Shown: one piece after another, positions 32,287 through 64,000 of the stretch | Position numbering within the stretch: the stretch's first letter is position 1 | How the letters are laid out: every line of letters begins with the position of its first letter | NCBI GenBank assembly: GCA_030141605.1 | Contig: JAQGDQ010000891.1 | Location: 19,271-83,270, forward strand | Reading direction: 5' to 3' | Length of the DNA: 64,000 bases | DNA from: Tubiluchus corallicola | Lineage: Eukaryota > Animalia > Priapulida | Notes under the pieces: model-generated | Seen by the model: the letters and a program-made list of their open reading frames with translations, nothing else | What the model was told of the DNA's origin: nothing | Databases searched by the model: none | Translations under genes and position numbers: made by a program

Positions 32287-35200
32287 ATGTCAACAGCAGC
32301 AAGTCTGGCAAGAATATCTCATTGTATTACGGCGTCACGAGCAACATTATGTAAGCCACCCCAGGTATGAATTTTGAAAAATTCATTTTATTTATCTGCA
32401 TTTTGTTATTAGTAATAATAATAATAATAATAACAATCTTTATTTAAAGTCGGCTTTTTGGGTCAACAATTAACATTAGCTGAAAGAGCTATTATCGCCG
32501 ACTGTAAATAACAACCTACAACTACATAACAGAGACTATTATTACCCCACTTTTACCCTAAATATCACGCGTCAGGCAGGGCAACAGCAGGTACCATTTT
32601 TAAAGTCTTTGGTATGACCCGGACGCTGATTCGAACTCACGACCTCCCAGACGGAAAGCAGACTCATTACCACTAGACTAAACCATCTGGTCGAAGTGCT
32701 AAATTTCTAATTTATTCTGGTTTCTCCAGCCCTTTCATAAAAGGTAATTTTACAGTTGTATGTTTGTCTTTCAATTTTTTTGTTTCATGACACAGATTGT
32801 CTACAAATATAACTTGTTGTGCCAAGGCACAAGCAGATTTGCCAACTCTCACACATTAGATGCATTTGGACTTACACGTACTAAATTTCAATTCTCGCAC
32901 ATTCCACAACTTCATACACAAATTTGCAATTTGCCGGGCTTCTTTTGCTATGACTACCAACCACAATTCAATTAGCGGTACTGGTTGGCATCCTTCTGTC
33001 TCGGAAGACAATGGAGTGTGCGCCAAGAGAATCAGTTATTGATCACATTGATGGAGCTGCAGTGTCGACTGTGGCTGAGTAGTCCGATCTTTGAACGTCT
33101 CCAGTGCGCACGCCTGGGCAAGGTGTATGGAGATCCTGAGTTGCCCAGACAACAGGAACCCCCTCTCTTCCTCCCTGGTGTAGTCAAAAGGAAAGTGGAG
33201 CGATACGTTTGGCACCAGGTTGGCTGCAGGAGCTGCCGGAGTCTGTGAGCATGCTGCACTGGTCCGCCTTCGGGGCTCCACTCCTGTTTTGGAAGGTTTA
33301 CTCCTCTACACATGGCCATTGAGTCACTTGACCTCCTCCACCCTCTAGCCGTTGGTTGCTTGTGCAGCTCCTCCGCCTAGTGTCGAGATACAGTGTGGGC
33401 ATCTCGCAAGCCTACAGCACCTGGTATTCCTAGGCGGTCACCCATCCAAGTACTAACCAGGCTCTACGTTGCTTAACTTCGGTGATCATACGAGAACCGG
33501 TGTTTTCAACGTGATTTGGCCGTAGACAATTAGTGGTACTATTGTCATTAATACAGTAGCATTTATAAGTATAAGAATGTATATTATACTAAATGGTATT
33601 ACAATAATTGAAAATTAAGTATTTTGATGCTATTGAGCTTTTGTCATGTGTACAAAGGAACATATTTATATACAAAGAATAGTAGGCTGCAGTAACAGCA
33701 TAAGACAGCTCAGTAGTACCCAAAATATACCTTAATTATTATTTTTTTTATAGTTTAATTTTGATACCAAAAATCTTTAGTCACGACTATGTTATTATAT
33801 TGCATTTGGCGACAACACTGGGCAGACCAGTTTTTTCAGTGCACTGTCAAGCAAGTTTTATATGTACAGTATACTATAACGAGGGTCTTTATGTGTTAGT
33901 TCAGGGGTGTGCAAATTATCTGACTAACTGGGCCACATTAAAATTTCCCACAATTCCTGCGGGCCACTGGCAGTTTGATCAAGGAGCCAAGTACAGTAAG
34001 GCCTAATAACGATTTTTTTTGCATCCGACCTGCGTACATCATTACTACTACACTCAAGAAACTATTTTAGAAGTTATTAAAATTTATATTACAAACCATA
34101 TATTTCTACTTTCAGGACAGATAGTGGTAATTTCATTACAATGCATATTAGTAATGTGTATCACACAGTCTGTGTAGTACAGTGACATTAAGCTACAACC
34201 GTCTTGTAAGGGTTAATGGCATCCGATCTAGTAGAAACAACTACCCGCACTATCTTTGGGATTGTGGTACGAACTTCAGCTGGATACAGTCAATTAATCG
34301 CCCGGGCCGCACTTTCATTAGGTTGACAAATCTCTTTGCGGGCCGCACAAATTCACAATTTGCACACCCCTGTGTTAGTTGAAAATATTTTAGTGTATGC
34401 ATTATCTGAAAGAATAAATGAAAAACTTAGCTGTTCTTTAGATTTAGTTAAAACCCAAAATGAAAGGCTTGAAATGTTAGAGGACATGGTTGAAGAAGGT
34501 GGAAAAACAGAGTCTAAATACCAAAATACTAAAAATTAGTATCACCTCGCCGAATGAGGCTAATAATATTGTTGCAATAATAAAAATGCAAAAATTTCTG
34601 CGACATAATTTGCGTTTTCTTCCCCTCCGCCCATGAACCCCTGCCAGGGCAGGATAATTCCAGAACTTTCTACATGTCACACTCATTTTAACATCAAATG
34701 GTTGGCAGGTCTCCACAAATGTAATAAGAGTTGTGTTTTGAATACATTTTCAACTGTTTGTCCATTTGAACCTATAAACTGTAATTGTGAATAGTTCATT
34801 TTTACATAACAGAATTGCAATAGATTTTCAATGATTTTTTATTTTTAGATTTTATATTTTATTTCAAACTTCACAAAGTTCATATATACATCACAAATTA
34901 CTACAAATAACACAATAAATCATGACACACAACAATAACAGTTAACGATATAACAAACTACGCCAATGACGTCTAATTACAGAGAAAAAGTTTGCATCAC
35001 TGTTTAAAATGTTCTTGCATATAAAATTTTCACTCTTATTCAGCCTGACGTATAAACTGTAGGCACATTTTCTGTGAATAACATCAAAATAAATAATATT
35101 AAATAATATCAATGAGGCAGAAGTTAACTAATTGACAGCTTGTTTGAGATACGTCACTGTCAAAAAGTTGATCATGCTTCTTCCTGTTGTAGCTTGCTAT

Positions 35201-36425
35201 GTGGATCCCGTCATCTCATTATGCCGACAGTTCGAAAGGTGGATCAAAGCAACCAGCAAAAGCACCAAGGAAAGGTACATTGATATTACCATTATTTGTT
35301 CGCTGCAAAAGTAGCTGTTGTGGTATGTTATGCGACTAGTTTCTTACTCGTGCTACATGGCGGTAACTCACAAATTTTTTGAGGCTGTAACACTGATTCA
35401 ACTTTTTTGTTAGTTTTGTAGTAATTATAGATGTAGTTAACTAAGAATGTAACTATTGTTAATAGGGGCATATTCACTAATAGGCTAACTAGGCTATAGC
35501 CTAGTGCGCCAAAGTTTGAGGGGGTCACATTTTAGAAAAAATTCTTATTCTTCTCAGAATATGTGTATACTTTCATATTTATGTAAATGGCACATTTTAT
35601 AACACACCACAGGCAGTTACTGAGTTTAGCTTTTGTATAAGTGCCACATAACGAACAGGTGCAAGGTAGTTGCACAACACAAGAAGCAGTAATGCAGCCG
35701 GCTTGAATATAAGCGCTATGTAAATGTAATTAATGATAATAATTGTTGTAAAGTGTTGATACTCTTCCTGGTCGTTAATAAAAATTTATTAGTCTAAAAG
35801 ATAAGTAATCCTGCTTTTATATTACAGTTTCAGCAGCATTTTTTACAAAAAGACTTGATGTTTCTGTCTATATCAGTAGCACATCATTCTATAAATATAA
35901 AACAAATTCTCTATGCAAAATGTATGAAAAACTTTAAATGTGACTTTATTAGATTTAATCAAGTAGTTTAGAAATTACATTTTTTCAAATTTATAAAATG
36001 ATGTTCTATTGATAATGGTCAGCAACTGATTGAAGTGTCTAGTTTTTTTAATAAATATTGTGCCAGATGATATGATGGACAATGACAGAAAATTTTAGAA
36101 GTTATGTTTGTCAGTTTGTAGACCAATTTATAAAATGGCAACGACGTTAAATTAGTAAATAGAGCAGCAAATGACTGGTGGGTTTGAATAATACTAGAAA
36201 AAATGGTTGTTTTTAGAGCTAACTAAGTCAGCAGAACCAACGCCGTCAAAAGTGCCAATGCCATCGCCGTCAAAAGCAGCTGCTTCGCCGCCGCCACCTC
36301 CGTTTGACAACACAAAGTATCAGTGTAACGAATATTTCACGTTTAACAGCATGACTTTTTACGACAAGATGGTAGACATGGATAAGGCAAGGCTTCCTCA
36401 GCCGGTTGCTCATTTTAAACCGTGA
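32287..36425 (+). CDS. NDUFV3: NADH dehydrogenase (ubiquinone) flavoprotein 3-like complex I accessory subunit, short form, 3 coding exons
   Basis: Exons 32287-32364 (MSTAASLARISHCITASRATLCKPPQ, resembles a mitochondrial presequence), 35193-35274 and 36217-36425 join in phase. C-terminus FDNTKYQCNEYFTFNSMTFYDKMVDMDKARLPQP matches the NDUFV3 conserved motif (FDN..Y....F.D.....R.PQP). Confidence 0.8.
32412..32692 (-). mobile_element. tRNA-derived SINE with a MetaSINE-like core and (TTA)n tail
   Basis: Minus strand: tRNA-like head with A box (TAGTCTAGTGG) and B box (GAGTTCGAA), core GGTCATACCAAAGACTTTAAAAATGGTACC, tail AATAAAGATT(A/G)TTATTA; four copies in the window. Confidence 0.8.
32983..33527 (-). 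mobile_element. 5S rRNA-headed SINE (SINE3) with RTE-derived body and tail, inserted in NDUFV3 intron 1
   Basis: 120-nt 5S sequence (33408-33527) runs straight into about 425 bp of GC-rich body with no oligo-T terminator. The tail encodes SKIGLLSHSRHC, resembling an RTE ORF C-terminus. Flanked by a 13-bp direct repeat aattag[c/t]ggtact (32970-32982 / 33528-33540). Confidence 0.85.
33408..33527 (-). pseudogene. Full-length 5S rRNA-derived sequence forming the SINE head; probably not a functional 5S gene
   Basis: Reverse complement GTCTACGGCCAAATCACGTTGAAAACACCGGTTCTCGT...GAAGTTAAGCAACGTAG...TTAGTACTTGGATGGGTGACCGCCTAGGAATACCAGGTGCTGTAGGCTT. A-box and C-box are recognisable; single copy, with no TTTT terminator after it. 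Confidence 0.9.
33902..34372. mobile_element. hAT MITE family A copy
   Basis: TIR CAGGGGTGTGCAAA; TSD tgttagtt. Confidence 0.9.
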
Positions 36426-36511
36426 GAAATGATAAGATTAACGATCGGTATCCGTTATTGCTTGTTATGTAGTGGTAGTTCATGACACGCTTTGTAAAGT
36501 CACTCATTTAA

Positions 36512-36950
36512 CCCTTTCATACCCGTTGTATCCCGTGGGATACGAGAATATTTTCTGCCTTTAAAATTAATAAAATTTTAAAACTGACAGTTATTGGATC
36601 TGTTAATAGTTATTTTGATTTAAGCCAATAACAATAGACTAAAAATGGTGATAAAATGGCAAACTAGAAAATCTACATAGCATAAAAAACTGCTCAAGGT
36701 ACAGTACTTTAGAGACGACTTTGTACAGATCAGCATAGCGTGCATACTGAATGTCTTAAATACTTTAAAAAATTATCAGCAGTCTCAAAATGAAGCACGT
36801 TTTTTGCCTTTGTTGTGTTTTTAAAAAAGTCGGACTTTGTTTTTTTGCATATGACAAAGAATGTTGTGTATCCCACACGATACATTGGGAACAAAAGTAC
36901 CAAGCCAAAAAATTTTTTCTTATTAAAAAAATAATTTGGGACTGAAAGGG
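36512..36950. mobile_element. piggyBac-type MITE family B, just 3' of the NDUFV3 stop
   Basis: ttaaCCCTTTCA...TGAAAGGGttaa; highly similar to the other copies. Confidence 0.85.
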
Positions 36951-37932
36951 TTAAAGAGAAAAGTGTCAAACATGCATTTTTGTTTGCATGATAGCTGAAT
37001 GGTAAGATAATATAATGAGTGATTCATTTATTGATGAAGTTATAAGTACAACAGTATTTGACTTGTTTGTGGCTCGATGAAACTGTCAGATTAATTGTAC
37101 ACAGCTGCTTTCTACTGTTTTTGTTAATGGTTTATCTCAGAAAGTAATAGCCACAGAGATTTAGTGATCAAAAAGCAATTGTACAAAGTTTCTGTAGTGA
37201 AAACACATTATTATATCATACCACTTACGGCATATAATCTTTACGTGTACAACTGGGCAAACTAATAAAAGTTTAAAGTTTTATCACAATTATAATTTAC
37301 AATTGTACTGCAAAAGTCATTGAAATTTATAGGATTTAGACTTTGATGCCCAGGTTGTGCTTCATACTATCTAGTTGTCCGAGTGCTAAATTTACTCCAT
37401 TTGGTTTCAATATGGCAGAATTTTGCAACAACTAAAAATAGGAGGTTTAGTGCTGGCAACTTCTTTAGTGAACTGTAATCATAATGTACTGGAACTGATT
37501 TTGATACTTGATAAGCTGTTATTGTGCCGAGGCATCGTGTCTTGCAAGCAATTTTATAGTTAATAAAATTAGATAAAATATTTATGTTGCTTTTTGAAAC
37601 AATATAATAATTTATTTTTCAACAAAATATAAATTAACTAAATTGTATATGGACCATCAATATAAATTCAATAATCTAAAATATTAACAAATGAAAAGCT
37701 AATCAATGCACCACCTCTAAAGATGCAATAGCTAATTTGCAGTCACATATGATGCTACGTACTACTGTATTACTGTATTATTTAGCATTTGTGATACACT
37801 ACAAATTTGAATACAATTGATGATATGCAAGATCCTAGACTAGCTTACATTGACAACTCTACGCACATTTACGTTATTAATTTATATTTCAAAATAAGTG
37901 AATGATAAATCAGTTACAGTTTTTTATATGTA

Positions 37933-38522
37933 CAGTCTAATCTCGTTATCCCGCCACTGTCCGTCTAGGGCAAATTTTTGGCGAGAGGCGAGTATGGCGA
38001 GATAACGGGAATATAACAAAGTTAGTCTATATGTATATACATACTTTACATAATAGTTGATTAACATAGTGTTCCTCTAGAAGTGTTCCTCCTTCAGAGA
38101 CATCATGTAAAGTTGCTCACACTTTGTGGAAACTCAAACTTAAACGCAGCTTTGGTGTTATAGAGTAAGGATATCGGTGACGCTTTAGTTTCTCTGCGCA
38201 TTAACCAACCACAGCACTCCTAATCTAATCCTGGTGAGACACACTAGATTAATTATGTCTGTCTATCGAGTACAGCAGCATTGTCTACATACTGCGGTCA
38301 TATTGATCGACACGTGGTATATGTATTGATCGATTCACCTCTGAGTTTGTCTGTTTGGCGACATAACGAATATAGTTTACATAAGCACTCATCCTAACAT
38401 GACGTGGCGAGGGTGGCGACTTAACGAGGTAAATATCAAAGCAGGAAATCCGTCCTGGTACTTTCTGTGGCGAGAGACGAGTTTGGCGGCATAACGAGGG
38501 GCGAGATAACGAGGCTAGACTG
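37933..38522. mobile_element. Tc1/mariner MITE family C, copy 2
   Basis: TA TSD, same TIR, different internal deletion. Confidence 0.85.
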
Positions 38523-39832
38523 TATATTAATTAAACTATACTAGTAAATGCTCAAATAACTATGTTAGGAATATTATGATTAAGAGGAACATATTTTCTA
38601 TAGTGTGCATATAATACTATCAGTTATAACATGTTGTAACATGTTAGTTATACTAACATGTTTTGGATCATTTGAAATATTGAGAAACAATTCTGCCATA
38701 ATACAGAAACTTACTTTGATGTGTTGTTAAAAGTAAGCACACCTAGCTTGCTTCATGAGAATTTGTATGAACATTTATGAATATCTGTCACCAATACCCA
38801 GCAATACAATCATATAATTATGTATACATCATAATAAATTAACACATGAATATCACATTTAAATTAGGCTAAAATGTAGTCCATTCTTAAAATAAACAAA
38901 GAAAACGACGTCCGTTGATGGAAAACCGGGAAAGGTAACTTTTAAAAGGTAACGATATGCAGCACAAAAGACACATACACATACATATGCATATGCATAC
39001 ATATATACATACATACATACATATACATACATATATACATACATACATACATATGCATGTACAGTACAGCTATTTCAGCAAGCAAGCCTGAAATTCTAAG
39101 CTATTTTTACGATATTACCTACGGCAAAGGTGAACACCATAGCATTGGTTTTTTATAATGAATTGCACCAAATAAACCTGCACAGAAGGGGGAGTACTTT
39201 GAATTGAAAGGATTGAATGCCTCGGCCCTAAAAATCTAAAAAGTGTGACTTGATTGCTATGAATGCCCCAGCTGTGCAAATCTAAAAGGTACAATTTGCT
39301 TGCCAGGAAAGCCCTCCCTCGTCGTAAGCATTTTCATTTTCCGAGCATTTTCGACATCGGCAAAGCGTGGCAACGAACTACACTGCGCTAACAATGCAGT
39401 CTTTGCAACCCGACAGAATGGTATCTCGTTTTACATTCAGAGGCAAGTTCGGCACACAAATATGGCAACGTACACGGAGAATGTGATGAGCAAAAGTAAA
39501 AAAAAGTATTGCACACTTGGACAAACCTAGTACAACAGTAATAACGCATTAATAACACACTATAACATTTCAAGCCCTACCAGTATGAATAATACACAGG
39601 CTTTTTTCAGATGAAATAAAATGCTGCTCAGAAATATATTTCAGTTTCATAAATTTTCTTGCTTAATATCTGCAGGAATTCGCACATTGCTATTGTCATA
39701 AATGTATGACATTAAAAATTTTCACATTTAGGTTCATGGTACACGAAACTAGTTTTAGTTAATTTAACAGTACAAACAGTGACCAGATATAATGTAGACC
39801 TATATCATTTTTATACTACTGTTATTTTACAT

Positions 39833-40316
39833 CAGGGGTGTGCAAATTATCTGACTAGCCGGGCCACATTAAACTTTCCCGCAATACCTGCGGGCCACAG
39901 GCAGTTTGATCAAGGAGCCAAGTACAGAAAGGCCTAATAACGATTTTTTTGCATCCGATCTGCGTACATCATTACTACTACACTCAAGAAACTATTTTAG
40001 AAGTTATTAAAATTTATATTTCAAACCATATATTTCTACTTTCAGGACAGATAGTGGTAATTTCATTACAATGCATATTAGTAATGTGCATCACACAGTC
40101 TGTGTAGTACAGTGTTATTAAGCTACAACCGTCTTGTAAGGGTTAATGGCATCCGATCTAGTAGAAAAAAAACTACCCGCACTATCTTTGTGATCGTGGC
40201 ACGGACTTCAGCTGGACACACTCAATTAATCGCCCGGGCCGCACTTTCATTAGGTTGACAAACCTCTTCGCGGGCCGCACAACATCTCTCGGCGGGTCGC
40301 AATTTGCACACCCCTA
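39833..40316. mobile_element. hAT MITE family A copy
   Basis: Family A TIRs; TSD ttttacat/ttttacag. Confidence 0.88.
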
Positions 40317-40968
40317 TTTTACAGCAAACTAGGCAGAGATGTGATATAAAACTGCACAGTTAGACGTTTCATATAATACTTTATTACTAAAACAATATCC
40401 TTAGTACTGCAGCACCAACTGCACTGCGCACACGAACACAACTTTTACTTTTCCAGAAGTCTCTTTCCTGTAATTTAAGAAAGCTCCAACACTTGCAGTT
40501 TCTTCTTCACAATTTTACCATTACGTACGAGCATAACAAATGCACATCATAACCAGATGATGAAATTTTGTTATCACACCAGCTAGAATGTAATCCTAAT
40601 GATGGCCATTAAAAGTTGACAAATCAATGAATATTCTTTTTAAATTATCAGTCACAATTAATTTAATTTGCATTTTAAAATGAGAAAATTTCAACCAACA
40701 TGACAGCAAAATTTCGAAAGTCTTGAAAATCTTTTTCTCTGAAAATTTCAAGCAGTGAATAGGAGAAACAACGACATTACGAGGAATATGCTGGGTTTTA
40801 TTATTCTGCTGCACGGTTCTCGTAATATCTCTGGTTCTGCTATTCATTATTCCGATTAGATTTGCACCAAATAAGTTTCTTATGAAATTATTATCAATTA
40901 CGGCAGGTTGACAAGATAAAAATGTGAGAACAACGTAAAAGCAAACAGCGGGATAATACCACGTAACA

Positions 40969-41468
40969 CAGGGGTGTGCAAATTATCTGACTAGCTGGGC
41001 CACATTAAACTTTCCCACAATTCCTGCGGGCCACAGGCAGTTTGATCAAGGAGCCAAGTACAGAAAGGCCTAATAACGATTTTTTTGCATCCGACCTGCG
41101 TACATCATTACTACTACACTCAAGAAACTATTTTAGAAGTTATTAAAATTTATATTACAAACCATATATTTCTACTTTCAGGACAGATAGTGGTAATTTC
41201 ATTACAATGCATATTAGTAATGTGTATCACACAGTCTGTGTAGTACAGTGACATTAAGCTACAACCATCTTGTAAGGGTTAATGGCATCTGATCTAGTAG
41301 AAAAAACTACCTGCACTATCTTTGGGATCGTGGCACAGACTTCAGCTGGATACACTCAATTAATCGCCCGGGCCGCACTTTCATTAGGTTGACAAACCTC
41401 TTCGCGGGCCGCACAAATTCTCTCGGCGGGCCGCAAGTGGGCCGCGGGCCACAATTTGCACACCCCCG
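40969..41468. mobile_element. hAT MITE family A copy, in the presumed lipin 3' UTR
   Basis: Family A TIRs; TSD acgtaaca; ends about 87 bp past the lipin stop codon. Confidence 0.9.
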
Positions 41469-41554
41469 ACGTAACATATAAGTTTCATAACAATATGACG
41501 GGCATTACATGAGCAAAAACAGCGGAGTATTTGATTGCAAAAGCATTACATAAT

Positions 41555-63447
<21,893 letters not shown>

Positions 63448-64000
63448 CTGCAATCAGACACGTAGCTGTTAAAAATGAGTGTTTTAACTATTGCATGTTT
63501 TGTTGTCGGTTATTATTATTTCCTTCGTGTTTTTATCAACAAGTGTCAACTTATATGTATCGGGAGGCACAAAAAAAAAGCGCAGAAGTTTTGATCAGGA
63601 TATTGTAGGAAGAAAATAATGGTAATGCTTGAACATTACCACACAGATGTTATAAATGCTTACATTTTATAGGTCATCCTCTTAAATTTCTGCAAAGGTA
63701 CAGAAGTTTTTCAATCAATCAATCAATTTATTTCCCTCTGGCAATACATATACAATACATCAACATACAATATTATTGAGACAAAAAGAAACAGTATAGG
63801 TAAAAAACGTTGGTGAAGTCAAATTAACCAAATAAAAGAGTTGCTGTATGACACCTTGAAAGCTTGGCTTGTTAAGGTGGCACAAATGAGTGAATGAAAA
63901 AATGGTTAGGGTTAGTAGACATGATGGAATGGAAAAAATAGTAAGATTAGGGATAGGAAGAAGGAAGGGAGGAGAGGATGAGTGAATGAAAGAATGGTTA

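Noticed and set aside
33408-33527. Functional 5S rRNA gene
   Set aside because: Solitary, no oligo-T terminator, fused to RTE-like sequence and bounded by a TSD; better explained as a SINE head.

Overview
AT-rich, repeat-dense eukaryotic (invertebrate animal-like) genomic DNA, not prokaryotic; no CRISPR array. By reading GT-AG boundaries and reading frames by hand I could build six protein-coding genes: (1) the first coding exon of a GPR158/CG31760-like class C GPCR (-); (2) an intronless BTB-BACK protein with a probable tandem MATH-like C-terminus (-); (3) an intronless non-aminergic class A GPCR (-); (4) a 9-exon classical short-chain dehydrogenase/reductase (-); (5) a 3-exon NDUFV3-like complex I subunit (+), head-to-head with the SDR; and (6) 14 exons of a lipin phosphatidate phosphatase (-), whose 5' end lies beyond the window. 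Introns and intergenic DNA hold many non-autonomous elements: several hAT-type MITE families with 8-bp TSDs, a TTAA piggyBac-type MITE, pogo/Tigger-type MITEs, a tRNA-headed SINE, a bipartite RTE-derived element, LINE fragments and mini/microsatellites. The most unusual object is a 545-bp retroposed element in NDUFV3 intron 1: a full 5S rRNA head with no terminator, an RTE 5'UTR-like body with a possible degenerate HDV-like ribozyme, an RTE 3' tail and a 13-bp TSD, i.e. a candidate new SINE3 family. Also notable are a six-fold tandem amplification of a lipin splice acceptor whose extra copies read into an in-frame stop, and a satellite built from a transposon terminal repeat just behind a GPCR stop codon. 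All family assignments rest on recalled motifs, not database searches.
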